Source: Bdellovibrionales bacterium
GTDB taxonomy: Bacteria > Bdellovibrionota > UBA1018 > CAIMNF01
NCBI GenBank assembly: GCA_040379745.1
Contig: JBEIKL010000003.1
Coordinates: forward strand, 1 to 43,909
Length of the DNA: 43,909 bases
Reading direction: 5' to 3'
Shown: positions 20,208 through 29,162 of the stretch, piece after piece
Layout of the letters: each line of letters opens with the position of its first letter
Numbering within the stretch: position 1 is the first letter of the stretch
Program-made: the position numbers and the translations under genes
Notes under the pieces: model-generated
What the model was told of the DNA's origin: nothing
What the model saw: the letters and a program-made list of their open reading frames with translations, nothing else
Databases searched by the model: none

Positions 20208-21314
20208 TCACCACGTTGCGCGCTTATACGCGAATCCACCCACAAGGAGGATCAGCAGATTCGGAATCTGAAGTGAAAACCAAGCCGGCAGAACACCGTG
20301 ATCGCTGAGCCAAATGGTGCTCACCTGGATTTGCCAGTAAAGGGCCATGGTGATGAACGCGATCAGCAGAACACTCGCGCGGGTCCCACGGGTGCGGACC
20401 GTGCCGAAGCCGATCCCGAGAAAAACAAACATCAGCGGAGCAAATGCCACTGCAATCCGTCGCCAGTATTCGGTCTCCAGTTCACGTTTTTCATTTTCGG
20501 AAAGATCGGTCCGACTCCGCTTGGTCTGCAAGTCTCCGATGCTCAGCATTTTCGGACGATAGCCGAACTTCCCAGTCGAATCCGGAATATCGAAATAGAT
20601 CTGATAAGTGTCAAAATTGGCCAGACTATAGGAGCTCTTTTGGACATCGCTCTGGTGGATGCTGCCATTCTGCAATTGCAAAACCACTCCCCCCAGATCG
20701 TCCTCACCGGATTGCACACGGATCATTTCTCCGTTCTTTGCGATCACGGTCAACGGATGCTTCTGGTCACGCTCGTCGAAAATGAATACCTTTTCCATCT
20801 TGCCGATCCGATGATTGACCCGCTCGGTGAACAGGATCAAATTGAAGAATCCCGAGGAAAAAGTCCCCTCACTGATGGAGCTCATGAATTTGCGGTTACC
20901 GATTTTCATCAGAATCTGGCGAGAGGCCACTTCCGACCAAGGAGCCCAATTCAAGTTGAGAAACAAAGACAACAGGGAAACCACGCCGGCCAGTGCAAAT
21001 ACCGGCTTCGAAATCGAAGAAAGGCTCATGCCCCCGGCCTTCATCGCCACGATCTCACTGTCACCGGAAAGACGGGAAAATGCGAACAACACTCCGAGAA
21101 GAAAAGCCAATGGCAGTCCCAAGGGGAGAAAATTCAGGATCAACGTCCCCAGCAACTTCAGCACCAGATTCATGGGAGCGTTATTGACGATCAACTCCTC
21201 GGCAAGCCGGAGCATTTGGAACAGGAGAAAGACGAACGCAAAGAAGAACACGCCTCCGAGAAAGGGGTTCAGGACTTCCTTGAAGACATAGAGCTGGATC
21301 TTCTTAATACGCAT
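20208..21314 (-). CDS. LptF/LptG family LPS export permease
   Basis: RLSGDSEIVAMKAGGMS, 3 TM + periplasmic beta domain + 3 TM, PN near C-terminus. Confidence 0.88.
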   Translation of the reverse strand: MRIKKIQLYVFKEVLNPFLGGVFFFAFVFLLFQMLRLAEELIVNNAPMNLVLKLLGTLILNFLPLGLPLAFLLGVLFAFSRLSGDSEIVAMKAGGMSLSSISKPVFALAGVVSLLSLFLNLNWAPWSEVASRQILMKIGNRKFMSSISEGTFSSGFFNLILFTERVNHRIGKMEKVFIFDERDQKHPLTVIAKNGEMIRVQSGEDDLGGVVLQLQNGSIHQSDVQKSSYSLANFDTYQIYFDIPDSTGKFGYRPKMLSIGDLQTKRSRTDLSENEKRELETEYWRRIAVAFAPLMFVFLGIGFGTVRTRGTRASVLLIAFITMALYWQIQVSTIWLSDHGVLPAWFSLQIPNLLILLVGGFAYKRATW

Positions 21315-22662
21315 TCTTGTTGATGAACCCCTTGAATACGGTCAAAAACAGGATTTTGATATCCAACCACGGCGACCAGTTGCGGATGTAATAGAGATCG
21401 CATTCGATGCGTTTTTCGAGCGAGGTGTCCCCGCGCCATCCATTGATCTGGGCCCAACCCGTGATTCCGGATTTGACCTTGTGGCGAAGCATGTAGTTCG
21501 GAATCTGATTGCGGAACTGATTCACGAACACCGGTCGCTCCGGTCGTGGCCCCACCAAGGACATATCCCCCACCAACACATTCCAGAGTTGAGGAAGTTC
21601 ATCGATACTGGTCGAGCGCAGGAAAGTTCCGATCGGCGTGCGACGATCGTCGTTTTTCACCGCCCACACCGCACCGGTTTTGTCTTCGGCATCGATCCGC
21701 ATGGAACGGAACTTCAGCATTCCGAACGTTTTTCCATCGATTCCCATGCGTTCCTGGCGATAAAGCACCGGGCCTTTGGAGGTGAGCTTCACCAACAGAC
21801 CAATCACCAACAGCAACGGCAACAAAACCAACAAACCGAAAAAACTCATCCCGAAATCAAAACCGCGCTTCATCCAGGACTGATAGCCGAACAAGGGGGA
21901 CTGATTCAATTGCACCAACGGCAAGCCCTCGAAGGAATCCACTTCCGCACCGAGCGCCAGATAATCGCTGTAATCCGGAATGATCTGCAGGTCGATCATT
22001 TCGTCCTTAAGCGCACGGATCAGGGCATCCATCCGATGCATCTCAAGTTGAGATAGGGAAACCAACACCATTTTAGCCTGATCGCGGCGAATCCATTCGA
22101 GGACTTGGTCACTGTTTTCAGGCGGCAACACACGAGTCAGCTCGATGCCCAACTCCGGGTAACGGGAAAGCTTCCCGAGCATCTCATGGAGGGCCTTGGT
22201 GTTTCCGATCGCAATCAGTTTGGAATTCAGGATCCCCTTCCGATTCAGTTCACGCAGGATTTTTCTGGAAATCACCCGGAACAACCAGGATCCAAAAAGG
22301 ACCAGCACCCCGAACACCAGGATCACTCCTCGGGAGAACCGGAACGTGGTGATGAAATAAGAAAGGGCCGTAAAAAGAACCAGAATCGCGAAATGAGCTC
22401 GAATCAAGGTGTAAATCTCGGTCGAACGACGCAAAATCCGCTCGTAGCGGTAAACTCCGAAGAACTGGAATCCCGCTCCCCAGAGCACCAAAACCATGGG
22501 AATCAACCCATGATAATAGGTGATTTCAGGAAGCTCTCCGAATGACACGAAACGAAAATAATTGAAGCGGATGGGATAAGCCGCGAGCCAGCTGATCAAA
22601 ACGATGATGAGGTCTGCGATGCGCGTCATAACCCCGGCTGAGCTTTGATATCTTTTAATCAT
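21304..22662 (-). CDS. Undecaprenyl-phosphate sugar-1-phosphate transferase (WcaJ-like)
   Basis: KR.FD, KFRSM, DELPQLWNVL.GDMSLVGPRPE, GITGWAQ. Confidence 0.92.
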   Translation of the reverse strand: MIKRYQSSAGVMTRIADLIIVLISWLAAYPIRFNYFRFVSFGELPEITYYHGLIPMVLVLWGAGFQFFGVYRYERILRRSTEIYTLIRAHFAILVLFTALSYFITTFRFSRGVILVFGVLVLFGSWLFRVISRKILRELNRKGILNSKLIAIGNTKALHEMLGKLSRYPELGIELTRVLPPENSDQVLEWIRRDQAKMVLVSLSQLEMHRMDALIRALKDEMIDLQIIPDYSDYLALGAEVDSFEGLPLVQLNQSPLFGYQSWMKRGFDFGMSFFGLLVLLPLLLVIGLLVKLTSKGPVLYRQERMGIDGKTFGMLKFRSMRIDAEDKTGAVWAVKNDDRRTPIGTFLRSTSIDELPQLWNVLVGDMSLVGPRPERPVFVNQFRNQIPNYMLRHKVKSGITGWAQINGWRGDTSLEKRIECDLYYIRNWSPWLDIKILFLTVFKGFINKNAY

Positions 22663-22719
22663 TCGATTGAAATTTTAACTGATTCTTCAATTAAAAAACA
22701 GTGGTATAGTGCTAGGTCT

Positions 22720-24237
22720 ATGAAAAACAAAATGATTCATGACCTGTTTGGCCTCTCCCATTCCAAATCATTCGAAGGCGACACCCTGCTTTCTCTTCAT
22801 TATCAAAACGACAAAAAGGAGCTGGCACTGACGTCTCAGTCTCCGACCGAACTTCACGATCTGCACAAGCACGGGGTTTTCACCGGAGCATCAAAATCCG
22901 CATCTTTCATCCGCGGCTCCTACATCGAAAAAATCAATCTGATGTTTGTCGGCCTGGGCAGCAAGAAGGAATCCTCTTTTGAAACCGCTCGACAAGCCGG
23001 CGCAATCGCCTACGGAAAAGTCTCCGCTGAAAAAGTGAAAAACCTGGGCATTGACGTGGACTCCCTGTTCAAAGCTGCGGGCAAGGACCAAACCGCTGGA
23101 GTGCTGTGCGCCTTCCTCGAAGGTTTCTATCTCGCGTCCTATTCATACGACAAACATAAGTCCACACCGAAGAACAACCAGAAGCTTCAATCCGTCACGC
23201 TCGTATCCTCGGACAAGAAAAATGACCCTTGGCTTGCTGAATTGACTCACAAGGTTTTGGTTACCGTGGATTGCACTTTCCTGACCCGCGATCTCGCGAA
23301 CGAACCTTCCAACTTCGGCACTCCGGAATTCTATGCAAAAACCGTTGAAAAACTCTGTAAAGACTACGGCCTGAAATGCAAAGTGATGGACGAAGCGGCT
23401 TGCAAAAAAGAGAACATGCATTTGTTCCTGAGCGTGGGCAACGGATCCACTCGTGAATCCTATGCGGTGATCATGGAGTATACGCCGAAAACCGGCGCGA
23501 AAACCGCAAAAACACTTTCACTCGTGGGCAAAGGTGTGACGTTTGATTCCGGCGGGATCTCGATCAAGCCTTCCATGAAAATGGAAGACATGAAAATGGA
23601 CATGACCGGTGCTGCAACCGTGATCGGCGCAACCCTGATGGCCGCACGCTTGGATGCAAATCACAAAATCGTCAGCGTTCTCGGCTTCTGTGAAAACATG
23701 CCGGGCAACAACGCCACCCAACCGGGCAACGTGATCACCACTCGCAGTGGCAAAACCGTTGAAATCATCAACACCGATGCGGAAGGCCGCTTGGTTTTGG
23801 CTGACATCCTGGATCTTGCACAAGATTACAAACCGGAAGTCGTGGTCAACACGGCAACCCTGACCGGTGCCAGCACGGTTGCTCTTGGAAAATTGGCCAG
23901 CGCTTGGTTCTCGAATGATGACAAACTGACCAAACAATTCCTCGATGCCAGCTGCAAAACCGAAGAGCGCATCTGGCAATTGCCATTGTGGGATGAATAC
24001 TTTGAAGATCTGAAAACCCCTTGGGCGGACATGGCCAACAGTGCGAATGATCCTGCCGGCGGAACCATCCGCGGAGCGATCTTCCTCAAGCAATTCATCC
24101 GCCCAGGACAGAAGTGGGCTCACTTGGATCTGGCGAATCGCGCCTATGACCAAGGATTCCTTCCTTACAATCCACGCAAAGGGTCTTGTGGCGTTTATGT
24201 TCGCACCTTTGCTGAATTCGTATTGAACTACAAATAA
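22720..24237 (+). CDS. pepA: Leucyl aminopeptidase (M17)
   Basis: VGKGVTFDSGG, MKMDM.G, NTDAEGRL. Confidence 0.93.
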   Translation: MKNKMIHDLFGLSHSKSFEGDTLLSLHYQNDKKELALTSQSPTELHDLHKHGVFTGASKSASFIRGSYIEKINLMFVGLGSKKESSFETARQAGAIAYGKVSAEKVKNLGIDVDSLFKAAGKDQTAGVLCAFLEGFYLASYSYDKHKSTPKNNQKLQSVTLVSSDKKNDPWLAELTHKVLVTVDCTFLTRDLANEPSNFGTPEFYAKTVEKLCKDYGLKCKVMDEAACKKENMHLFLSVGNGSTRESYAVIMEYTPKTGAKTAKTLSLVGKGVTFDSGGISIKPSMKMEDMKMDMTGAATVIGATLMAARLDANHKIVSVLGFCENMPGNNATQPGNVITTRSGKTVEIINTDAEGRLVLADILDLAQDYKPEVVVNTATLTGASTVALGKLASAWFSNDDKLTKQFLDASCKTEERIWQLPLWDEYFEDLKTPWADMANSANDPAGGTIRGAIFLKQFIRPGQKWAHLDLANRAYDQGFLPYNPRKGSCGVYVRTFAEFVLNYK

Positions 24238-24254
24238 TCCGCTCGCGAGGTTTT

Positions 24255-25586
24255 ATGGCACAGTTGAAAGTATCGGACATTGCAAAAAACATCCCTGAAT
24301 TCGACGGGAAAACCGTCACTCTCAAGGGCTGGGTTTACAACAAACGTTCATCGGGGAAAATCAAGTTCCTGATGTTCCGCGATGGTAGCGGTTTGATTCA
24401 GACCGTGATCATCAAGGGCGAGTGTGATGATGCGACCTTCGACCTGTTTGAAAAAATCGGTCAGGAGTCCTCCGTGGTCGTTACCGGCAAGGTGCGTGCC
24501 GAAGCGCGGGCGAAACTCGGTTTTGAGATCACTGTTCTCAACGTCGAACCGGTGCAGATCGCGGAGAACTATCCGGTCAGTCACAAAGAACACGGCGTGG
24601 AATTCCTGATGGACAACCGCCATCTCTGGATTCGCAGTCAGAAACAATGGGCCGCACTTCGTGTGCGTTCTGAGATCTTCTTCGCGATCCAGGATTTCTT
24701 CCGTCAGCGCGGCTTCACCCGATTCGATCCACCGATCCTGACGCCGACTTCTTGCGAAGGCACGTCTACATTGTTTTCAACTCCTTACTTCGAAGAAAAA
24801 GCCTACCTGAGCCAATCCGGTCAGCTTTACGGTGAAGCCGGCGCATTCGCGTTGGGTAACATTTATACTTTCGGACCCACTTTCCGTGCCGAGAAATCCA
24901 AAACCCGTAAACACCTTACCGAGTTCTGGATGGTTGAGCCGGAAATGACTTACGCAACCCTGGATGATGTCATGGATCTGGGTGAATCATTTGTGAAACA
25001 CATCGTGAGTCACTGCTTGGAAAATTGCCAAAAAGAACTCGTGATCCTCGAGCGCAATCAGGACGAGCTGAAGAAAATCATCTCTGGCCCGTTCCCGCGC
25101 ATCAGTTATGACGAATCGTTGAAGATTCTTGAAAAACGCGGCCTTTCGATTCCTTGGGGTGAAGACTTCGGTGCTCCACACGAGACCGCGCTCGGTGATG
25201 AGTTCGGAATGCCGGTGTTCGTTCACCACTTCCCTTCCCAGATCAAGTCGTTCTACTTCAAGAATGCGGATGATCCAAACGGTGGCGGTGTCGATCACGA
25301 TGGCAAATACGCACTCGGTGCGGACCTCATCGCTCCGTTCGGTTACGGTGAGATCATCGGCGGTGGCCAACGTGAAGACAAAGTCGAAATTCTTGAGCGA
25401 AGAATCAAAGAGCACAACCTGAAAGTCGAAGACTATTCCTGGTATCTCGATCTTCGTCGTTATGGAAGCGTACCTCACGGTGGTTTCGGACTGGGCGCTG
25501 AACGCACGGTTGCCTGGATCACCGGAGTGGAACACGTGCGTGAGACCATTCCGTTCCCACGCATGATCAACACCCTGAAACCATAA
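24255..25586 (+). CDS. asnS: Asparagine--tRNA ligase
   Basis: OB-fold, YLSQSGQLY, FRAEKSKTRKHLTEFWM.EPE, WYLDLRRYGSVPHGGFGLG.ER. Confidence 0.95.
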   Translation: MAQLKVSDIAKNIPEFDGKTVTLKGWVYNKRSSGKIKFLMFRDGSGLIQTVIIKGECDDATFDLFEKIGQESSVVVTGKVRAEARAKLGFEITVLNVEPVQIAENYPVSHKEHGVEFLMDNRHLWIRSQKQWAALRVRSEIFFAIQDFFRQRGFTRFDPPILTPTSCEGTSTLFSTPYFEEKAYLSQSGQLYGEAGAFALGNIYTFGPTFRAEKSKTRKHLTEFWMVEPEMTYATLDDVMDLGESFVKHIVSHCLENCQKELVILERNQDELKKIISGPFPRISYDESLKILEKRGLSIPWGEDFGAPHETALGDEFGMPVFVHHFPSQIKSFYFKNADDPNGGGVDHDGKYALGADLIAPFGYGEIIGGGQREDKVEILERRIKEHNLKVEDYSWYLDLRRYGSVPHGGFGLGAERTVAWITGVEHVRETIPFPRMINTLKP

Positions 25587-25592
25587 TTCCTC

Positions 25593-26078
25593 ATGAGCAG
25601 TACCGGGAAAGTAGACCCGATTTTTCATATTGTTCTGATCGAGCCCGAGATTCCGCAGAATACGGGCACGATCGGAAGGATGTGCCTTGCGGTCGGTGCT
25701 CAACTGCATCTGATCAAACCCCTTGCTTTCGATATCGACGAAAAAGCGGTTCGCCGTGCGGGATTGGATTACTGGAAATTCCTGCAGCTGGAAGTGCATG
25801 AGTCGATCGAAGACTTTTTCAAAACCGTTCCGACCGATGCGCAGCTGGTGATGGTGGAAACCCGCCAGGATCGCACCATCTATGATGTGGAATTCAAACG
25901 CGGTTGTTATCTTTTTTTCGGAAAAGAAACGACCGGCATTCCCAAACCTGTTCTGGAGAAATACGCCGAACACATTGCCAGCATTCCGATGTTCGATGAA
26001 CGAGTCCGATCACTCAATCTTTCGAACTGTGCCAGCATCGTTGCCTACGAGGCGATCCGACAAATCAAAGGACTCTAA
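25593..26078 (+). CDS. trmL: tRNA (cytidine/uridine34-2'-O)-methyltransferase
   Basis: PEIPQNTG, RRAGLDYW, FGKETTG, RSLNLS. Confidence 0.93.
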   Translation: MSSTGKVDPIFHIVLIEPEIPQNTGTIGRMCLAVGAQLHLIKPLAFDIDEKAVRRAGLDYWKFLQLEVHESIEDFFKTVPTDAQLVMVETRQDRTIYDVEFKRGCYLFFGKETTGIPKPVLEKYAEHIASIPMFDERVRSLNLSNCASIVAYEAIRQIKGL

Positions 26079-26158
26079 GTCCCTACCCCTGATAAAATAC
26101 ACAAACATTATTCAATTCAGCAACTTGCCTGAATCGACAATTTCATGACACTTTTCGC

Positions 26159-26186
26159 TAAAGTTTTGGCGCTCACTCTCCGATCT
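26159..26186 (+). promoter_or_regulatory. Putative sigma28 (FliA) promoter of first flagellin
   Basis: TAAAGTTT-N12-TCCGATCT vs consensus TAAAGTTT-N11-GCCGATAA. Confidence 0.55.
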
Positions 26187-26207
26187 GTATGGCGAGGGGA
26201 AATTGAC

Positions 26208-26261
26208 GGTACAGCATACAGCCAATCTTCTCTTGTTCGTCGGGCCAGGTACAGCATACAG
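26208..26261 (+). repeat. Exact 14-bp direct repeat GGTACAGCATACAG x2 in fliC leader
   Basis: Copies at 26208-26221 and 26248-26261, 40-bp period. Confidence 0.9.
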
Positions 26262-26324
26262 GGTCAGGCGGGCTAACCAATAACACCGCCCCTTAAAAAA
26301 GGGCAAAGCCTATGAGGAGATAGT

Positions 26325-27158
26325 ATGGGTTTACGTATTAATACCAACGTGCAGTCAATCACTGCACAACGCCAGTTGGGCGTTTCCAACCTGAACCAGA
26401 ACAAGAGCTTGGAAAAGCTCGCATCTGGTACCCGAATCGCAAGAGCTGCAGATGATGCTGCAGGTTTGGCGATCTCGGAAAAAATGCGCGCGGACATCCG
26501 CTCCTTGCGCCAAGACAACCGCAACGCGAACGATGGTATTTCCATGGTTCAGGTAGCGGAAGGTGGAATGAACGAAGTGGGCAACATCCTGACTCGCTTC
26601 CGCGAACTGTCCATCCAGGCAGCTTCGGACACCATCGGCGATAAGGAAAGAGGCTTCATCAACAAAGAAGTCACTCAACTTCGCGGTGAAATCGACCGTA
26701 TTGCGGCTTCTACCGAATTCAACGGTAGAAAACTTCTTGCCGGTCAAGGTGACTCTCTTGAAATCCAAGTGGGTCTGAACAACTCACCGGAGAACGATCG
26801 TTTCCGTTACGACGTTCAAAAACTGACCACCACTGCCGATTCCCTCGGCGTGTCGGACATCAACACTGAATCCAAGGAAGCTGCGCAAGAAAACCTTGCG
26901 AAGATCGACTCTGCGATTCAGAAACTCTCTGAAAACCGCTCTGAAGTGGGCGCGCTTCAGAACCGTTTGCAATCCAGTATTGCGAACATCAACGTGTACG
27001 ATGAAAACTTGAGTGCAGCTCGCAGCCGTATCTACGACGTAGACATGGCAACCGAAACCTCTGAATTGACCAAGTCAAACATCTTGACTCAATCCGGTGT
27101 ATCGGTCCTCAGTCAAGCGAACCAAAACTCAATGTCAGCTCTCAAGTTGCTGAGCTAA
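26325..27158 (+). CDS. fliC: Flagellin (short, 277 aa)
   Basis: RINTN, LASG.RI..A.DDAAGLAI, GALQNRL, SRI.D.D.A.E, LSQAN; GAGGAG RBS. Confidence 0.97.
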   Translation: MGLRINTNVQSITAQRQLGVSNLNQNKSLEKLASGTRIARAADDAAGLAISEKMRADIRSLRQDNRNANDGISMVQVAEGGMNEVGNILTRFRELSIQAASDTIGDKERGFINKEVTQLRGEIDRIAASTEFNGRKLLAGQGDSLEIQVGLNNSPENDRFRYDVQKLTTTADSLGVSDINTESKEAAQENLAKIDSAIQKLSENRSEVGALQNRLQSSIANINVYDENLSAARSRIYDVDMATETSELTKSNILTQSGVSVLSQANQNSMSALKLLS

Positions 27159-27192
27159 TAGCTTCAGCAACCCATCCACTCAACTGGGACCC

Positions 27193-27233
27193 GGAGCCTG
27201 GGGACTTAAAACGCCTCCCAGGCTCCCTTTTTT
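27193..27233 (+). terminator. Intrinsic terminator after first flagellin
   Basis: GGAGCCTGGG...CCCAGGCTCC then T-run. Confidence 0.85.
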
Positions 27234-27482
27234 CGGTCTGAGGACGCATCTTGGTGGTCGGGACAGCGTCACGGAATGAGCCATTCGAATCTTGTTTTCT
27301 GACTTAACTACACGAATTTATTAATTAAATAAAAAAATACTATTTTGGTCAACTTTTTTGATGCATTCCGTTAATTGTTAACGTATACTCATTTTTGAGG
27401 GCGTAAACAAAGTCTCGGGTCCTTGGGGGAACCGGGCACGTAATAAACGGGTGCAGCGAATTGGCGAAGGGGCCAAATTAGT

Positions 27483-28316
27483 ATGGGCTTGAGAATTAGC
27501 ACAAACATTGCTGCGATGGGAGCACAACGAAACCTATCATCTCAAACAATTGATCAGGCGAAAGCATTCAATCGTTTGTCTTCGGGTAACCGAATTACTT
27601 CTGCGGGTGACGATGCCGCGGGATTATCCATCAGTGAAAACTTGAAAGCGCAAATCCGCTCGATGAGACAAGCGGAACGCAACGCCAACGACGGAATCTC
27701 GTTCGTACAAGTGGCAGAGGGCGGACTTTCCGAAGTCGGCAACATCCTGACTCGCTTACGTGAACTCTCCATCCAGGCGGCTTCCGATACCATCGGTGAT
27801 CGCGAGCGCGGATTCATTGATAAAGAATACCAAAGCCTGAAACAGGAAATCGATCGGATCGCAAACTCCACCAACTTCAACGGCACACCGTTGCTGAATG
27901 GACAATCCAAGAAAGACGTCTTGGAAATCCAAGTAGGTGCAAGAAACAACGATGCGGATCGAATTAAGTTCCAAGTAAGCGAGTACGATGTCCGTACCGA
28001 CAAAATTGGAATCGATGGAATCAACTCAAACACCATCGACTCCGCAAGGGAATCGATCGATAAGATCGATGAAGCCATCGCACGGATCACCGGATCAAGA
28101 GCCGGCCTGGGGGCGATGCAGAACAAATTGCAATCCACGGTGAACACCATCGGTATTGCAAAAGAGAACCTGGCGGCTGCACGTTCGCGGATCGCCGACA
28201 CTGACATCGCTGAGGATGCGACCATGCTGACTCAGAAGATGATTCTGCAACAAGCGGGTACCGCTGTACTTGCACAGGCAAATCAGGCGCCACAACTGGC
28301 ACTGAAACTGCTCTGA
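27483..28316 (+). CDS. fliC: Flagellin (short, 277 aa), paralog
   Basis: LSSG.RI.SAGDDAAGL, QVAEGGL.E, SRIADTD.A, LAQANQ.P. Confidence 0.97.
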   Translation: MGLRISTNIAAMGAQRNLSSQTIDQAKAFNRLSSGNRITSAGDDAAGLSISENLKAQIRSMRQAERNANDGISFVQVAEGGLSEVGNILTRLRELSIQAASDTIGDRERGFIDKEYQSLKQEIDRIANSTNFNGTPLLNGQSKKDVLEIQVGARNNDADRIKFQVSEYDVRTDKIGIDGINSNTIDSARESIDKIDEAIARITGSRAGLGAMQNKLQSTVNTIGIAKENLAAARSRIADTDIAEDATMLTQKMILQQAGTAVLAQANQAPQLALKLL

Positions 28317-28369
28317 TCTCCTGATATTCCAACATTCCAGCAATAGACCGCAGCAACCCCATACTGGAT

Positions 28370-28411
28370 AACCGTTGGTGTCAGGAATAGTCCTGGCACC
28401 AACGGTTTTTT
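28370..28411 (+). terminator. Intrinsic terminator after second flagellin
   Basis: AACCGTTGGTGTCAGGA-ATAG-TCCTGGCACCAACGGTT then T-run. Confidence 0.85.
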
Positions 28412-28483
28412 CAAAAATGGATCAGTATTTTCCGTCTCGGATTGCACGGAACAGGTTTTATTCAATGGAACCATCGAGAAATT

Positions 28484-28515
28484 CGATGCCCCCGAAAACG
28501 GATGGCATCGTTTTT
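28484..28515. terminator. Second hairpin, near lolA 3' end
   Basis: CGATGCC..CCG-AAAA-CGG..GGCATCG followed by TTTTT on plus strand. Confidence 0.5.
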
Positions 28516-28531
28516 CAATTTGTCGGCTGAA

Positions 28532-29149
28532 TCATTCCCTGATCTGATCAGTGTTTCGATCTGGAATGAATTGGAACATGGATTCAGTGAGTTTTTTTAC
28601 CAGCTTGATTTCTTTCAACTGAATCGTCGTTTCATTTCCGCTGGTGTGGACCAACGAGACCTTTTCGATTTTACGGGATTGCGGATTAATGGTGACTTCG
28701 GCAGCCTTTACGTCCCCTGCTTCATCCACTGACGGACTCAGAAGGAAAACATTCTCGGCTTTTTTCTGAATCGTGGTTTTGGAACCGGAAAAATCAAACG
28801 AACCGCTCAGAAGCGCATTCAAGAACTTGGTCTGCACTTGCGCAGACTTTTTAATGATCACTTGGCCACGGTCACCCTTTTCAAAAGGCGGAGTATAGAA
28901 CCAAAAATATTTCCCATCACTGATCAGGATATTCTGATCGGGCGAGATCGTTTCCCAACGGAGCTTGTTCGGATGCTTGATCCAGATTTTCCCTTGGGAT
29001 TTTTTTTCAGTCTTGGTCGACTTGATACTCGTGACCTGATCAAATTCAGCCTCGATTCCAGCTGATTTCTTGTACTCTTTTTGAACCTGCTCCAGCAAAA
29101 CGGGCAAAGCCGCTTGCGCTTGCGCGCAAACGGCCGTGCTCAGAATCAT
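28532..29149 (-). CDS. lolA: Outer membrane lipoprotein carrier LolA
   Basis: Signal peptide, A.F.Q, G......P.KLRWE...P, ISDGK.FW.Y.P, F.F.P; start could be upstream (29197). Confidence 0.85.
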   Translation of the reverse strand: MILSTAVCAQAQAALPVLLEQVQKEYKKSAGIEAEFDQVTSIKSTKTEKKSQGKIWIKHPNKLRWETISPDQNILISDGKYFWFYTPPFEKGDRGQVIIKKSAQVQTKFLNALLSGSFDFSGSKTTIQKKAENVFLLSPSVDEAGDVKAAEVTINPQSRKIEKVSLVHTSGNETTIQLKEIKLVKKLTESMFQFIPDRNTDQIRE

Positions 29150-29162
29150 CGGGACAATCAGC

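Noticed and set aside
26208-26261. Repeat pair as a mini-CRISPR
   Set aside because: Only two 14-bp copies, no cas genes
26265-26315. GGGCAAAGCC in fliC leader suggesting a c-di-GMP-I riboswitch
   Set aside because: No GGCAAAC..GNRA..GCAAA two-stem GEMM arrangement visible
27349-27374. Possible sigma28 promoter for second flagellin (TCAA-N14-TCCGTTAA)
   Set aside because: Match and spacing too weak to call
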